A stretch of 64,000 bases of DNA from Tidjanibacter sp. (GCA_048214935.1 DBFWXZ010000026.1:346173-410172), one strand, 5' to 3'; positions 52,495 to 63,657 are shown, numbered from the stretch's first letter. A program made the numbers and translations. The notes: generated from the letters alone by a model not told the origin.

Positions 52495-53301
52495 TTAGTT
52501 TGTGCATACTATCTGGTCGTCGTATCTAAGGTCGACGGTGCTCCAACGCCCCATCGACCCGCGGCACGTCCGGGTCCGGTAGAAAGCCCGCATCCGGTCG
52601 AGCCGCTCGCGGAAACCGTCGATTTCGCCCAACAGAATCAGATAGTTGCCCGCGCGGGGCACCAGCACTATCTCACGTCCGTAAGCCTCTTTCCGCACGT
52701 CTATCTGGACTATCATGGCGTTCCAGAACGGGTCCTCCGCAATGTAACTTACAAAAGTAAGCAACTTCCCAAGGAATTCCGACCCTTCGGATACATTTTT
52801 TTCTTCTTTTTCCGAAAGGAAACTGCCCGAAGAAGGCAGCGGCACATCGCCGGTCACGACCGGTACATACTGTGAGCTCCCCGGACGCGCCGGCAGTATG
52901 CAGCCGTCGTCGGTTACATAGAGGTCGTATCCCCGGCCGCCGGCTATGCGCATCAGCGGTGCGCGCTGCGTGATGCGCACGGACATGGTCCCTCTAAGGT
53001 CGGTCCATACGTCGGCGCGCCGCACGAAGTCCTGCGAGCTCGTCAGGGACAGCACTTCCGCAACCGGCGCGGCTTTCAGCGGACGTCCAACCGGGTCGAG
53101 TCCGGCGGAGTCTATCCATTTTCGTACGTCTTCGGCGCTCAGTACGGATGTATGAACGGAATCGGTTACCGTTACGTCGAGCCGCCTGACGGTAATCGTG
53201 TCCGTCATGCCGCCGCCGAACGAAACGGCCTTTACGAAATAGAACGTAACGGCCGTCCATACGGTCAGAGCGGAGAGTATGCCGAGGACACGCTTTATCA
53301 T
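52495..53301 (-). CDS. ftsQ: Cell division protein FtsQ (POTRA-containing)
   Basis: Single N-terminal TM helix, POTRA-like I.V.G....S..DV, and its position between murC and ftsA. ATGA overlap with murC. Confidence 0.7.
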   Translation of the reverse strand: MIKRVLGILSALTVWTAVTFYFVKAVSFGGGMTDTITVRRLDVTVTDSVHTSVLSAEDVRKWIDSAGLDPVGRPLKAAPVAEVLSLTSSQDFVRRADVWTDLRGTMSVRITQRAPLMRIAGGRGYDLYVTDDGCILPARPGSSQYVPVVTGDVPLPSSGSFLSEKEEKNVSEGSEFLGKLLTFVSYIAEDPFWNAMIVQIDVRKEAYGREIVLVPRAGNYLILLGEIDGFRERLDRMRAFYRTRTCRGSMGRWSTVDLRYDDQIVCTN

Positions 53302-54689
53302 TCGTCCGGAAACAGTTTTTCTTTGAGCCGCCGGGCGATTTCAGCCGGATAGTTGTCTATGTCGCCCGCACCGAAGGTTACGAGCACGTCGACCGAGGCG
53401 CGCTCGACTTCGGCGGTGAGCCGTTCGCGGGGTATGGTGCGGTGCGGCACGGTCAGCAGGTCGGCTACCAGCCCGCTGTCCACCCCTTCTATCGGTTCTT
53501 CGCGGGCCGGATATACGGGCAACAGAATCACCTCGTCTGCAAGGGAAAGCGCATCGGCGAATTCCGGGTAAAAGTCGCGGGTGCGGGTGTACAGGTGAGG
53601 TTGGAAAACGGCCGTGATGCGGCGTCCGGGATACATGTCGCGCAGGGATTCGAGAGCCGCCCGCAGTTCGCGGGGATGATGGGCGTAGTCGTCCATATAT
53701 ACCGTGCGCGGAGTGTCGAGCCATATTTCGAAGCGACGTTTGACGCCCTCGAACGATTCGAGTCCGGCCCGCAGCCTGTCCGCGTCCAAAGGTTTGTTTT
53801 CGGCGCGTGCGGCTGCCCATGCCAGAGCGCATGCGGCTACGGCGTTTTCCACGTTTACCAATCCGGGGATGCCGAGCGTGCAGTCGCTTACGGTTCCGTC
53901 GGGGGTTACAAGGTCGAACCGGTAGCGGCCGCCGCCGGCGGGGGTTATGTTTTCCGCCCGGAACGATGTAGCTCCGTCCAGCGAATAGCTGTAAACGCCC
54001 GTTCCGAGGGGTGCTTTTAAGGGCACGTCTTGTTTGAGAATAAGCGTCCCTCCGGGGCGTATCCGGTTTACGAACTGTTGGAACGCTTCCAGCAGCGAAT
54101 CCCGGCTGCCGTAAATGTCGAGGTGGTCGGCGTCGGCGCTGGTCACTACAGCCGCGTCGGGCGACAGTTGCAGAAAGGAACGGTCGAACTCGTCGGCCTC
54201 CACTACGGCGCGCTCGCCGGAGCCGAGCACGAGGTTGCTGCCGAAATTGCGGGATATTCCTCCCAGAAACGCACACCCTTTTTCACCGAGCGATGCGTTC
54301 AACCATGCGGCCAGAGTGGTCGTGGTGGTCTTGCCGTGCGTGCCGGCAACGGCCATAACGTGTTTGTCGCGGCAGAGGCGTCCGAGAGCCTCGGCCCTTT
54401 TCACTACGGTAAACCCTTCGCGGCGGAACATGGAAAGCTCGCGGTGGTCTTCGGGAACGGCAGGCGTGTATATGACCAGCGTGGACTGCGGGTCGCGGAA
54501 AGGGGTCGGAATCAGCGCCGGGTCGTCGTCGTAGTGTATGGATATTCCCTCCGCTTCGAGGGTTCGGGTAAGAGGGGTGGAGGTTCGGTCGTAGCCGGCG
54601 ACCCGCATCCCTTCGTGTACGAACCAGCGGGCGAGGGCGCTCATGCCTATTCCGCCGATTCCTATGAAATATACGTTTAGGCAATTCAT
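53298..54689 (-). CDS. murC: UDP-N-acetylmuramate--L-alanine ligase
   Basis: VYFIGIGGIGMSALARW, AVAGTHGKTTTT. Track ORF 53298..55469 trimmed to ATG 54689 (residue 261), which overlaps the murG stop. Confidence 0.9.
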   Translation of the reverse strand: MNCLNVYFIGIGGIGMSALARWFVHEGMRVAGYDRTSTPLTRTLEAEGISIHYDDDPALIPTPFRDPQSTLVIYTPAVPEDHRELSMFRREGFTVVKRAEALGRLCRDKHVMAVAGTHGKTTTTTLAAWLNASLGEKGCAFLGGISRNFGSNLVLGSGERAVVEADEFDRSFLQLSPDAAVVTSADADHLDIYGSRDSLLEAFQQFVNRIRPGGTLILKQDVPLKAPLGTGVYSYSLDGATSFRAENITPAGGGRYRFDLVTPDGTVSDCTLGIPGLVNVENAVAACALAWAAARAENKPLDADRLRAGLESFEGVKRRFEIWLDTPRTVYMDDYAHHPRELRAALESLRDMYPGRRITAVFQPHLYTRTRDFYPEFADALSLADEVILLPVYPAREEPIEGVDSGLVADLLTVPHRTIPRERLTAEVERASVDVLVTFGAGDIDNYPAEIARRLKEKLFPDE

Positions 54690-55804
54690 ATCGTTTCCGT
54701 TTTTCCTGTCAGACGCAGTATGCGGTCGGCTACCTGCCTCGCCGCTTCGGGAGTGGCTATACGCGCTATGTTGGCCGAGAGTGCGGCGAGTGCGGCCTCG
54801 TCGGTTATAAGGCTGACGGCCGAAGGTATGACTTCGGTTGCGGCATCCGCATCGGCTATCATACGGGCGGCCCCCGCGGTCGAAAGCGCCGATGCGTTTT
54901 TCGTCTGGTGGTCTTCGGCCACGTTGGGCGACGGCACGAAAATCACCGGTTTGGCTTCGAGGCACAATTCCGAGACGGTGCATGCTCCCGCACGGGAAAT
55001 CACGAGGTCGGCCGCGCGGTAGGCGTAGTCCATACGGTCGATAAATGCACCGTGCCAAATCGTCGGAGCCTGCCGCGCTTGCATGAAGCCGTCGATTTCG
55101 GCGGCATAGTAACGGCCTGTCTGCCAGATTACCTGCATCCGGACGTCTTCGGTTATTCGGTCGGCCCACCGTTTCATCGTTTCGTTCAGGGTGCGCGACC
55201 CTAGGCTGCCGCCCAGCACGAGGAGCGTCGGCAGCCCTTCCCGGAGTCCGAAATATTCCAACGCTTCTTTCCGGGATGCTCCGGAGCCGAAACGGCCCCG
55301 CAGAGGATTGCCTGTAAGGGTTATTTTGTCGGCGGGAAAAAATCTGTCCATTCCCTCGTAAGCCACGCACACTTCGCACGCCCGGCGGCCGAGCAACTTG
55401 TTGGTAAGGCCGGCATAGGAGTTCTGTTCCTGTATCAGGGTAGGGATGCCCAACCGTTGGGCCGACCACAGCACCGGGGCGCTGGCATAGCCGCCGAAGC
55501 CGGCCACGGCGTCCGGCCCGAATTCCTTGAGGATTCGCCGGGCGCGGCGCAGGCTGCGCACTACGTTCAAGGGCGCTTTCAGATTCCGCACGTCCAGACT
55601 TCGGTGCAGTCCGTCTATGGGCAGACCCTCTATGCGGTAGCCGAGGGCGGGAATTTTTTCCATTTCCATTTTCCCTTCCGCTCCCACGAACAATATGTCG
55701 AGCCGTTCGCCCAGCCGCCGCCCGAGCTCTTCGGCCACGGCGACCGCCGGATATATGTGGCCGCCCGTGCCGCCGCCGCTCAGTATTATTTTTACCTTGT
55801 TCAT
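54686..55804 (-). CDS. murG: UDP-N-acetylglucosamine--N-acetylmuramyl-(pentapeptide) pyrophosphoryl-undecaprenol GlcNAc transferase
   Basis: LSGGGTGGHIYPAVAVAEEL...GGSLGS...SRAGA.TVSEL. Confidence 0.9.
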   Translation of the reverse strand: MNKVKIILSGGGTGGHIYPAVAVAEELGRRLGERLDILFVGAEGKMEMEKIPALGYRIEGLPIDGLHRSLDVRNLKAPLNVVRSLRRARRILKEFGPDAVAGFGGYASAPVLWSAQRLGIPTLIQEQNSYAGLTNKLLGRRACEVCVAYEGMDRFFPADKITLTGNPLRGRFGSGASRKEALEYFGLREGLPTLLVLGGSLGSRTLNETMKRWADRITEDVRMQVIWQTGRYYAAEIDGFMQARQAPTIWHGAFIDRMDYAYRAADLVISRAGACTVSELCLEAKPVIFVPSPNVAEDHQTKNASALSTAGAARMIADADAATEVIPSAVSLITDEAALAALSANIARIATPEAARQVADRILRLTGKTETI

Positions 55805-55811
55805 AGTCCGC

Positions 55812-57329
55812 TTACTGTCTGTTTCCCGGCGTTTCCAGCATCGACTCGTCGCGCGGTTCGTCGAGCGTCCGGCATTCGGTCTGTCGGCTTACGCCGATTA
55901 TCATTCCCACGGCCAGCAGAGTGAATATAAGCGAGCTTCCTCCCCGGCTGATAACCGGAAGCTGCTGGCCGGTGACGGGAAACAATCCCACCGACACGGC
56001 CATATGTATCGAAGCCTGAAGCACTATCATCATTGCCAGCCCCAGCACTATCAGTCCCGGAAAGGCCGTGCCGCATTTTTTGAAAACGCTTATGGCTCTG
56101 AACATTAACCACATGAACATGAGCAACACTATTCCTCCGCCCACGAGTCCGTATTCCTCGATAAAGAAGGCGTAGGCATAGTCCGACTCGGACTTGGACA
56201 GCGTGCGCCGGTGGGTGCTCATACCGGGCCCTTTCCCCAGAAGTCCGCCGCTGGCTATCGACATCCGCGCCGCCTCTGCCTGATAGGATTCTCCCGGATT
56301 TTCGTAATATTCCTTTCCGTCGGCTCTTATCGTCGCGTGTTTTTCGAATATGTTCCATTTAAGGCCGGATACCCGCCGGCCGCCTATGTCCGTACGGCCC
56401 GCTCCCGCAAGGAATACGACCGCTCCGGCCACGACGCCCAGCAGGCACAGTTTCAGCAGGTCGGTTTTCCGTACTCGCCCTATGCACAGCATGGTGAAGC
56501 AGGTCGCGGCGATTATCAGCGTGGTCGAGTTGCTCATAGGCAGCGTGGCCCCGCAGGCGAACGCCACCGGCAGTAGCAGCGGCACGGTCTGCCCGGTAAG
56601 AATGTCCATTTGTTTCTGCGCCTCGTGTTTCCAGCGGCGGGGGTCGAAAGAGGGCAGGATAGGGGTCCGGTCGATGTCCTTCTGCCTTCGGGCCAACTGC
56701 CGGGCCAGCATCAGCACGACCATTATTTTAAGGAACTCGAACGGCTGGAAATTGAATCCGCCGATAACGAGGTCCCGCCGGGCTTCCGCGCCCTCCAGTC
56801 CCATAATCAGGGTCAGGACGGTCAACAGCAGGGCGACGACGTAGAAGAAAGTGATGAAGCGGCCGTAAAACTGGTAGCGGACGAACTGAATGCACAGCAG
56901 CCCGGCGAAACCGGCCCCCACGAACCTGAGCTGGCGTACGAGCTGCGAAGTGGTCGAGAGAGAATTGTAGTAGGCGGTAGCCGACCATGCGACCAGCACG
57001 GATATTACCAGCAGCACCGTTATTATGGCCCAGATGGCGCGGTCGCCGCCGAATACCGTGCGTACGGCTCTGCCGTACAGCTCTGCCGCTTTTGTTTTCA
57101 GGCGTTCCGAGAACCGTGGTCTTTCGGGCAGCGGCTCCGCTTCCGGTTCGGCGGGCGGCATTTCTTCCGCTTCGGAAGGGCGTGGGAAAGCGCTTTCCGC
57201 TCCGGCCGTATAGTCGGCTTCCGATTCGGGCGCGGCTTCGTCACCGGAAATTTCCGGGACGGGCTCCCGTACGTCGCCTTCCGGAAAGAAGCCTTTGAAG
57301 TCATCTTCCGTATGTTTCCCCGGCGTCAT
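55812..57329 (-). CDS. ftsW: FtsW/RodA (SEDS) family peptidoglycan polymerase with acidic N-terminal extension
   Basis: Ten-TM SEDS layout (...QPFEFLKI..., ...ESDYAYAFFIEEYGLVGG..., ...PVTGQQLPVISRGGSS). Trimmed to ATG 57329, which overlaps the murD stop (ATGA). Confidence 0.85.
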   Translation of the reverse strand: MTPGKHTEDDFKGFFPEGDVREPVPEISGDEAAPESEADYTAGAESAFPRPSEAEEMPPAEPEAEPLPERPRFSERLKTKAAELYGRAVRTVFGGDRAIWAIITVLLVISVLVAWSATAYYNSLSTTSQLVRQLRFVGAGFAGLLCIQFVRYQFYGRFITFFYVVALLLTVLTLIMGLEGAEARRDLVIGGFNFQPFEFLKIMVVLMLARQLARRQKDIDRTPILPSFDPRRWKHEAQKQMDILTGQTVPLLLPVAFACGATLPMSNSTTLIIAATCFTMLCIGRVRKTDLLKLCLLGVVAGAVVFLAGAGRTDIGGRRVSGLKWNIFEKHATIRADGKEYYENPGESYQAEAARMSIASGGLLGKGPGMSTHRRTLSKSESDYAYAFFIEEYGLVGGGIVLLMFMWLMFRAISVFKKCGTAFPGLIVLGLAMMIVLQASIHMAVSVGLFPVTGQQLPVISRGGSSLIFTLLAVGMIIGVSRQTECRTLDEPRDESMLETPGNRQ

Positions 57330-58663
57330 TTCTTTTCCAGCACCTTGTTTTTGAACTGCCGCCCTCGGTCTTCGTAATTGCCGAACAGGTCGAAGCTGGC
57401 GCAGGCCGGCGACAGCAGCACCGTATCCCCGGCTTCTGCTTCGCTTCGGCATGCGGCTATTGCTTCGTCGAGGCTCCGTGTATCGTGTATCCGGCCGACC
57501 GTGCCGGTAAATTCCCTTACGAGCTTGCCGTTGTCCAGCCCCATACATACCAGAGCCTTGACCTTTTCGCGAACGAGGGCTTTCAGCGGTCCGTAGTCGT
57601 TGCCCTTGTCCGTTCCGCCCGCAATCCAAACCGTCGGCCGGCGCATGCTTTCGAGTGCGTACCAGACCGAGTCCACATTGGTGGCTTTGGAATCGTTTAT
57701 CCATTCCACCCCGTCCGTTTCGGCTACGAACTCCATGCGGTGTTCGACGCCGGGAAATTCGTACAGGGTCTTCTCCGTAACGGCGGGGTCCGCTCCCGCC
57801 TCCAGCGCGGCCAACGCGGCCGCTTCGGCGTTGCGGATATTGTGAAGACCTTTTATTCGCAGCCGCTGAGGGTCGATGGACAGGGTTTTTCCGTTCGTCC
57901 GTATCGTTATCCGTCCGTCCGACATCGCCGCGGCGGTGTCCGAACGGTCGATAGCCGAAAATGAAAGCGCCTTCATTTTCAGCGCGGTTTCTTCCAGCAT
58001 ATCGGCCGTCAGCGGGTCGTCGGCACTGTAAATAAAGGTTTGTTCCGGACCCTGATTGCGGATTATGCGCATTTTCGAGGCGGCGTAATTTTCCAGCTTG
58101 TGGTCGTACCGGTCGAGGTGGTCCGGGGTTATGTTTGTAAGCACGGCTATGTCGGCGCGGAAATCGTACATGCCGTCGAGCTGGAAACTGCTCAACTCTA
58201 TCACATACCAGTCGCGGGGTTCTTCAGCTACGCTGAGGGCGAAGCTCGAGCCGATGTTTCCGCACAGCGCCGCGTCGATTCCGGCGGCCTGCATGAGCGA
58301 GTGAGTAATGGTGGCCGTGGTGGTCTTGCCGTTGGAGCCGGTTATGCAGACCGTACGGCCTTTGCAGTAACGTCCGGCGAACTCTATTTCCGATACGACC
58401 GGAATCCCTCTTTCCCGCGCCGCTTTCACGACAGGAGCGGTTTCCGGAATGCCGGGACTTTTGACCACTTCCGAGGCGGAAAGTACGCGTTCGAGGGTAT
58501 GCCCTCCTTCCTCGAACGGGATGCCTTCGGCCTCCAGCATAAGCCGGTAGCGGGGAGCTATTCCGCCGCTGTCGGACAGGAATACGTCCAAACCCCGACG
58601 CCGGGCCAGCACGGCCGAGCCGCATCCGCTTTCTCCTCCTCCGAGCACCGCTATTTTTTCCAT
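57326..58663 (-). CDS. murD: UDP-N-acetylmuramoylalanine--D-glutamate ligase
   Basis: VLGGGESG...CITGSNGKTTT...NITPDHLDR. Confidence 0.9.
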   Translation of the reverse strand: MEKIAVLGGGESGCGSAVLARRRGLDVFLSDSGGIAPRYRLMLEAEGIPFEEGGHTLERVLSASEVVKSPGIPETAPVVKAARERGIPVVSEIEFAGRYCKGRTVCITGSNGKTTTATITHSLMQAAGIDAALCGNIGSSFALSVAEEPRDWYVIELSSFQLDGMYDFRADIAVLTNITPDHLDRYDHKLENYAASKMRIIRNQGPEQTFIYSADDPLTADMLEETALKMKALSFSAIDRSDTAAAMSDGRITIRTNGKTLSIDPQRLRIKGLHNIRNAEAAALAALEAGADPAVTEKTLYEFPGVEHRMEFVAETDGVEWINDSKATNVDSVWYALESMRRPTVWIAGGTDKGNDYGPLKALVREKVKALVCMGLDNGKLVREFTGTVGRIHDTRSLDEAIAACRSEAEAGDTVLLSPACASFDLFGNYEDRGRQFKNKVLEKK

Positions 58664-58665
58664 GA

Positions 58666-59940
58666 CTATCTTATTTTAAGCGTTGCAAGGGTCATTGCGG
58701 CCAGTAAAAGCTGAATAATCCAGAAACGTACGACTATCCGGGTTTCCGGAATCCCTTTTTTCTGGTAATGGTGATGAACCGGAGCCATCATCAGCAACCG
58801 TTGTCCCTGACCGGTGCGTATGCGCGTGTATTTGAACCAGCCTACCTGCATCATTACGGATATGCTTTCGACAAGGAACACTCCGCACAGCAGCGGAAGG
58901 AGAAGCTCCTTGCGTATCAGCAGGGCGAATACGGCTATTACGCCTCCTATGGCCAGCGACCCCGTGTCGCCCATGAACACCTGCGCCGGATAGCAGTTGT
59001 ACCAGAGGAACCCTATCAGCGCTCCCACCAGAGCGGCGGCATAGACGGTCAGCTCGCCGCTGCCCGGTATATACATTATGTTGAGGTAGTCGGAATATAT
59101 TATGTTGCCCGACAGCCACGCGAGGGCTCCGAGCGTCACCACGATTATGGCCGAGGTTCCGGTAGCCAGTCCGTCGAGGCCGTCGGTCAGGTTGGCCCCG
59201 TTGGAAACGGCCGTTATTACGAAGATTGCGGCCAGAATGTAGATAAGCCACGTTATTATGTCGCCGGCTTCGCCCTTTACCGGGGCGAGCCAGTGATAGT
59301 CGAATTCGTTGTTCTTGACGAACGGAATGGTCGTTTTAGCGCTTTTCCTGCCGCGTTCCGGCGAAACGGTTTCCCCGGCGCCGAACGAAGCGGTTTCCGG
59401 TTCCTTTTCCCGCACTTCCGCCGAACGCATCTCCCTTGCCGGGACTTGCATGGAGTCCTTTTCCACTACGGTTATATTCCGGTTCATGCACATCACCGTG
59501 CCCACTATTATGCCGAGGCCGACCTGCCCGATAATTTTGAATACTCCTTTGAGCCCCTCCTTGTGTTTTTTGAAGACTTTGATATAGTCGTCCAGAAAAC
59601 CGAGCACTCCCAACCATACGGTAGAGATTATCATCAGCCAGACGTATATGTTTTTCAGGTCGCCCAGCAACAGTATGGGTATCAGTATGGCTCCGAGAAT
59701 GATAAGCCCCCCCATGGTCGGGGTTCCCTTTTTCTGCATCTGTCCTTCCAGCCCGAGATTGCGGATGTCTTCGCCTATTTGCTTGCGGGCAAGCATGTCG
59801 ATGATGTAGCGACCGAATACTATCCCTATTATCAGGGCGAGAATTATTGCCATGGCGGCCCGGAAGGATATGTAATGCCACATGGCGCTTCCCGGTATGT
59901 CGAACCGTTCGGAAAGATATTTAAACAGAGAGTACAGCAT
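58666..59940 (-). CDS. mraY: Phospho-N-acetylmuramoyl-pentapeptide transferase
   Basis: [38 protein letters not shown]. It has the Bacteroidota-type long cytoplasmic insertion. Confidence 0.9.
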   Translation of the reverse strand: MLYSLFKYLSERFDIPGSAMWHYISFRAAMAIILALIIGIVFGRYIIDMLARKQIGEDIRNLGLEGQMQKKGTPTMGGLIILGAILIPILLLGDLKNIYVWLMIISTVWLGVLGFLDDYIKVFKKHKEGLKGVFKIIGQVGLGIIVGTVMCMNRNITVVEKDSMQVPAREMRSAEVREKEPETASFGAGETVSPERGRKSAKTTIPFVKNNEFDYHWLAPVKGEAGDIITWLIYILAAIFVITAVSNGANLTDGLDGLATGTSAIIVVTLGALAWLSGNIIYSDYLNIMYIPGSGELTVYAAALVGALIGFLWYNCYPAQVFMGDTGSLAIGGVIAVFALLIRKELLLPLLCGVFLVESISVMMQVGWFKYTRIRTGQGQRLLMMAPVHHHYQKKGIPETRIVVRFWIIQLLLAAMTLATLKIR

Positions 59941-59962
59941 ATCGCGGCGGTTTCTGCGGATT

Positions 59963-61414
59963 TCAGTTGTTCGGGTTCATGCACGCCGCGACCTGTTCCC
60001 GGTCGTCGAAATGGCGTTTTTCGGTTCCTGTTATCTGATATGTTTCGTGTCCCTTGCCGGCTACGAGCACTATGTCGCCGGGTTCGGCCAGTATCACGGC
60101 TGTTCGTATCGCCTCTGCCCGGTCGCGTACGACGATGTATTTTCCGGCCCCTTCCGCCCCGGCGGTCATCTGCCGGAGTATTTCGTCAGGGTCTTCGGTC
60201 CGGGGATTGTCCTGAGTGAATACGGCGAGAGAACTTTCCGAGGCGGCTATGCGTGCCATTTCCGGACGTTTCGATGCGTCGCGGTCGCCTCCGCAGCCGA
60301 CCACGGTTATGATGCGCCTGCCCGGCGGGCATATTTCCGCAAGGGTGGAGAGTACGTTGCCCAGAGCGTCGGGAGTGTGGGCATAGTCTATGACCGCAGT
60401 TATTCCGTCGGCGGAACGCACGAATTCCAGCCGCCCGCGCACCGGCGACAGTTCGCTCAGCGCCGTCAGGGTCTCGCCCTTTTCCGCTCCGAGCAGCCTC
60501 GCCGCCGCATAGACGGCCGTAAGGTTCGATGCGTTGAACCGTCCAAGAAACCGTACCCATAGCTGGCTGCCGTCCATTTCGAGCAACATGCCTTCCGGGT
60601 GCATTTCCAGCACGCGGCAGCGGAAGTCGGCATCCCGTTTCATGGCGAACGTGCTTACCTGTGCGCGGGTGTTCTGTACCATTACCTGCCCGTTGCGGTC
60701 GTCGGCGTCGGTAAGTGCGAACGCCTTGGGGGGAAGAAGGTCGAAGAAGTGTTTTTTTGCACGGATATACTCTGCGAACGTGCCGTGATAGTCGAGGTGG
60801 TCGTGCGTTATGTTAGTAAAGATTCCTCCCGCGAACCGCAGCCCCCGGATGCGGTTTTGCACTATGCTGTGCGAACTTACCTCCATAAAGCAAAATTCGC
60901 ATCCCTCGTCGGCCATTTCTGCCAGCATGGCATTGGTTCTCAGCGGGTCGGGAGTAGTGTGCGTCGAGGGAAGCTCGCGTGAGAAAGTTCGGTAAACAAC
61001 GGTGGAAACAAGCCCGGCCTTATAACCGAGCCGGGTAAAAAGGTCGTGCAACAGGGTAGCCACGGTGGTTTTTCCGTTGGTACCCGTTACTCCCACCAGA
61101 CGCAGCTTGCGGGAAGGATGTCCGTGCCATGCCGACGCCGCCGAGCCGAGAACCTGCGAGGCGTCCCCTACCGCTACCCATGCCGTTTTCGGGTCGGGGT
61201 TTTCGGGCAGCCGTTCGCATACTATGGCCGCAGCTCCGGCGGCAACGGCGTCCGGTATGAAATCGTGACCGTCGCAGGACGTGCCTTTTATAGCGAAAAA
61301 GCAGGCTCCCGGCCCCACTTCCCGCGAGTCGAAGGTGAGCGAGCTCAATGCCGCATCGACGCACCCGGCGCGGCCGGTTACGTCTTCTGCGGATATTATA
61401 TCAGACAGTTTCAT
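59963..61414 (-). CDS. murE: UDP-N-acetylmuramoyl-L-alanyl-D-glutamate--2,6-diaminopimelate ligase
   Basis: [33 protein letters not shown]. Trimmed to ATG 61414 (residue 26 of the track ORF). Confidence 0.9.
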   Translation of the reverse strand: MKLSDIISAEDVTGRAGCVDAALSSLTFDSREVGPGACFFAIKGTSCDGHDFIPDAVAAGAAAIVCERLPENPDPKTAWVAVGDASQVLGSAASAWHGHPSRKLRLVGVTGTNGKTTVATLLHDLFTRLGYKAGLVSTVVYRTFSRELPSTHTTPDPLRTNAMLAEMADEGCEFCFMEVSSHSIVQNRIRGLRFAGGIFTNITHDHLDYHGTFAEYIRAKKHFFDLLPPKAFALTDADDRNGQVMVQNTRAQVSTFAMKRDADFRCRVLEMHPEGMLLEMDGSQLWVRFLGRFNASNLTAVYAAARLLGAEKGETLTALSELSPVRGRLEFVRSADGITAVIDYAHTPDALGNVLSTLAEICPPGRRIITVVGCGGDRDASKRPEMARIAASESSLAVFTQDNPRTEDPDEILRQMTAGAEGAGKYIVVRDRAEAIRTAVILAEPGDIVLVAGKGHETYQITGTEKRHFDDREQVAACMNPNN

Positions 61415-61416
61415 AC

Positions 61417-63654
61417 TTATCGTTTGGAGTTTTGTTTTTTCGGGTTTCCGAGCACGAGCTTCACCATTCCGTCCGATGGAACGGGACATCCGGGTTCCGG
61501 CCGTTGCGCCAATACTCTGCCCGTGCCCGTAAACTCGGTTCGCAATCCCGTCCGTCCCAGCAAATATACGGCATCTTTCAGTCCCATGCCCATCACCGAC
61601 GGAACGGTGTCGGGAGAAATCGTGATTGGCTCGGAGCTGTATCCCGCCGAATCGGCCTCGACCGACGACCAGTTCCTGTTGCGCCGCCTGAGGTCGCCTT
61701 CGAGTGCCAGCTCCTTTGCCGCCACGAATATTTCCCTTTCGTTTCCGCCCTTTATGTCCACCGGTACGGAAGACTTGTCGGGACTTTCCGATGCCGTATG
61801 CGGTTGCAACGACGTATCGAGCGCCACCACGCGGTCGGCTATCGCCCTGAAAGCCGGCCCTGAAAGAGGGCCTCCGTAATAGGGCAGGCGCCCGCCGGGT
61901 TTATGGTGCGTGACTATAGCCACTATGAGGGTATATTTCGGACGGTCGGCAGGAAAGTAGCCGACAACGGTTCCGAGATAGTCCGTGCCTCCGTCGGGGG
62001 TTTTGTATCCGTTTTTACCTTGAGCTATCTTGGCCGTTCCGGTTTTGGCCGCCACCGTATAGACGTCGTTGCGCAGCATGGAGGCCGTCCCTTCGGCTAC
62101 GGTTCCTTCGAGGCACTCGCGCAGCAGCTTCAGGGTGCGGTCGGAACAGATTTCCGGATTCACCGTGCGCGTTCCGAAACTTTCGACGCTGCGTCCGTTT
62201 TCCATTATGTCGGTCACTATGACCGGGGTAATCAGCTTCCCGTCGTTGGCTACGGCATTGTACATCATAAGGGTATGTATCGGAGCGAGTTCGACCGCGT
62301 ATCCGTGCGACATCATAGGCAGCGACAGCGAGTCCCAACCGCTTCCCTTTTCACGCGGGTCCTTTATCCGTGGCCGCAGCACGCCCTTCAGCTGCATTTC
62401 GGTTGCGTCTTCGAGGCCGAGTCGGCGTATGAAATCCACGAAACGGCCCTTGTCGTGCCGGTATTCCCGGTCTATCATTTTTACGAAGCCGATGTTGGAC
62501 GACTGCTCGAACATGCCTTTCACCGTGGTTTTTCCTATCGGATGCGAATCGGTGAACGGGTGGGAGCGCGTCCTGCCGCGAGTATTCCATTTGTAGAGGT
62601 AACGTCCGTCGGAACAGCAGTCCACCGGCTGCTCGAGGCCGACGTTTCCCTCTTCCAGAAGGGCCATCAGCGTGGCCAGCTTGAAGGTCGAACCCGGTTC
62701 GAGCCGCATTTTCAGGGCAAGGTTGTCTATGTCGTCCACATCTCGGCCGTTGCGCTCCAGATTCGATATGGCGAGAATATGACCCGTAGCGACTTCCATA
62801 ATGACAGCGGTTCCCTTAATGGCCTCGGTTTCGAGAATGCGCCGCCGCAGCTCGGTTTCGGCTATGTCCTGCAAGTCGATGTCGATGGTGGTAAGAATAT
62901 CGCGTCCGTGACGTACCGGTATGTTGCGGGGGTCCACTATCGGAATATACACGCCCCTGCGCAGCCGTACGTAAACGTTGAATCCGTCGCTTCCGCGCAG
63001 ATAGCCGTCGAACGACGCCTCCAGTCCCGTTTGCCCCGAAGAGCCTATGGTACGCCGGGCCAGCGAGCCGAACGGGCGGTAGCGTCCCTCGTCCTGCCGC
63101 ACTATGAATCCTCCTTCGAGCGGGCCGCCCCTGAAAATGGGAAACCTGCGCAAGCGGTCGAGCTGGAGCTGGTTCACGCTTTCGCGGCGCAATTTCTGGC
63201 TGCGGCTTCCGGGTCCGCCCTGCACTGCCCTGCGCCTGATAGTTTCCAGCCTTTCGGCCCATCCCCTGCGGGAAAGTTCCGGGAACAGTGCCGCAAGCGA
63301 GTCCGCCAACGGACCGGAGTTGCGCCTGAACGCCTCGTCGGTAAGTGCCGGAACCGAAAAATCGAGTATGATATTGTAAAAGGGCGCATCGGTGGCGAGT
63401 ATCCGGCCGTCGGAAGCGAGAATATTGCCGCGCGACGCGGGAACCGAATCGGCCGTATAGCATATGCTGTCCGACAGGTTTCGCAACGGCTGACCGTTAG
63501 GCCCCCACATGGTGGCGGGTATCATTATGAAAATGAGCGTTCCCAGCAGGGCGAATGCGGCCGACAGCACTTTTACCCTCGTGAGGATACTGCGCTTGAT
63601 ATGCTTGGGCCGGTCCGCCGGATTTTCCTGCCGGGTATGCCTTTCTCTTTCCAT
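61417..63654 (-). CDS. ftsI: Penicillin-binding protein (class B transpeptidase, FtsI/PBP3-like)
   Basis: N-terminal TM anchor. SxxK (GSTFKLAT), SxN (QSSNIGF), KTGT (AAKTGTAK). C-terminal PASTA-like tail. Confidence 0.9.
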   Translation of the reverse strand: MERERHTRQENPADRPKHIKRSILTRVKVLSAAFALLGTLIFIMIPATMWGPNGQPLRNLSDSICYTADSVPASRGNILASDGRILATDAPFYNIILDFSVPALTDEAFRRNSGPLADSLAALFPELSRRGWAERLETIRRRAVQGGPGSRSQKLRRESVNQLQLDRLRRFPIFRGGPLEGGFIVRQDEGRYRPFGSLARRTIGSSGQTGLEASFDGYLRGSDGFNVYVRLRRGVYIPIVDPRNIPVRHGRDILTTIDIDLQDIAETELRRRILETEAIKGTAVIMEVATGHILAISNLERNGRDVDDIDNLALKMRLEPGSTFKLATLMALLEEGNVGLEQPVDCCSDGRYLYKWNTRGRTRSHPFTDSHPIGKTTVKGMFEQSSNIGFVKMIDREYRHDKGRFVDFIRRLGLEDATEMQLKGVLRPRIKDPREKGSGWDSLSLPMMSHGYAVELAPIHTLMMYNAVANDGKLITPVIVTDIMENGRSVESFGTRTVNPEICSDRTLKLLRECLEGTVAEGTASMLRNDVYTVAAKTGTAKIAQGKNGYKTPDGGTDYLGTVVGYFPADRPKYTLIVAIVTHHKPGGRLPYYGGPLSGPAFRAIADRVVALDTSLQPHTASESPDKSSVPVDIKGGNEREIFVAAKELALEGDLRRRNRNWSSVEADSAGYSSEPITISPDTVPSVMGMGLKDAVYLLGRTGLRTEFTGTGRVLAQRPEPGCPVPSDGMVKLVLGNPKKQNSKR

Positions 63655-63657
63655 CGT

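Noticed and set aside
53298-55469. Over-long N-termini in the ORF track: murC 723 aa; also 31226..32950, 32485..36402, 13475..14515, 55812..57704, 59963..61489, 36174..37040, 40795..41652, 4068..5072, 18961..19656.
   Set aside because: The extra N-terminal parts run through the upstream gene in another frame and are Arg/Pro-rich nonsense. Conserved family N-termini begin at internal ATG or GTG codons that typically overlap the upstream stop (ATGA). Coordinates were trimmed accordingly.
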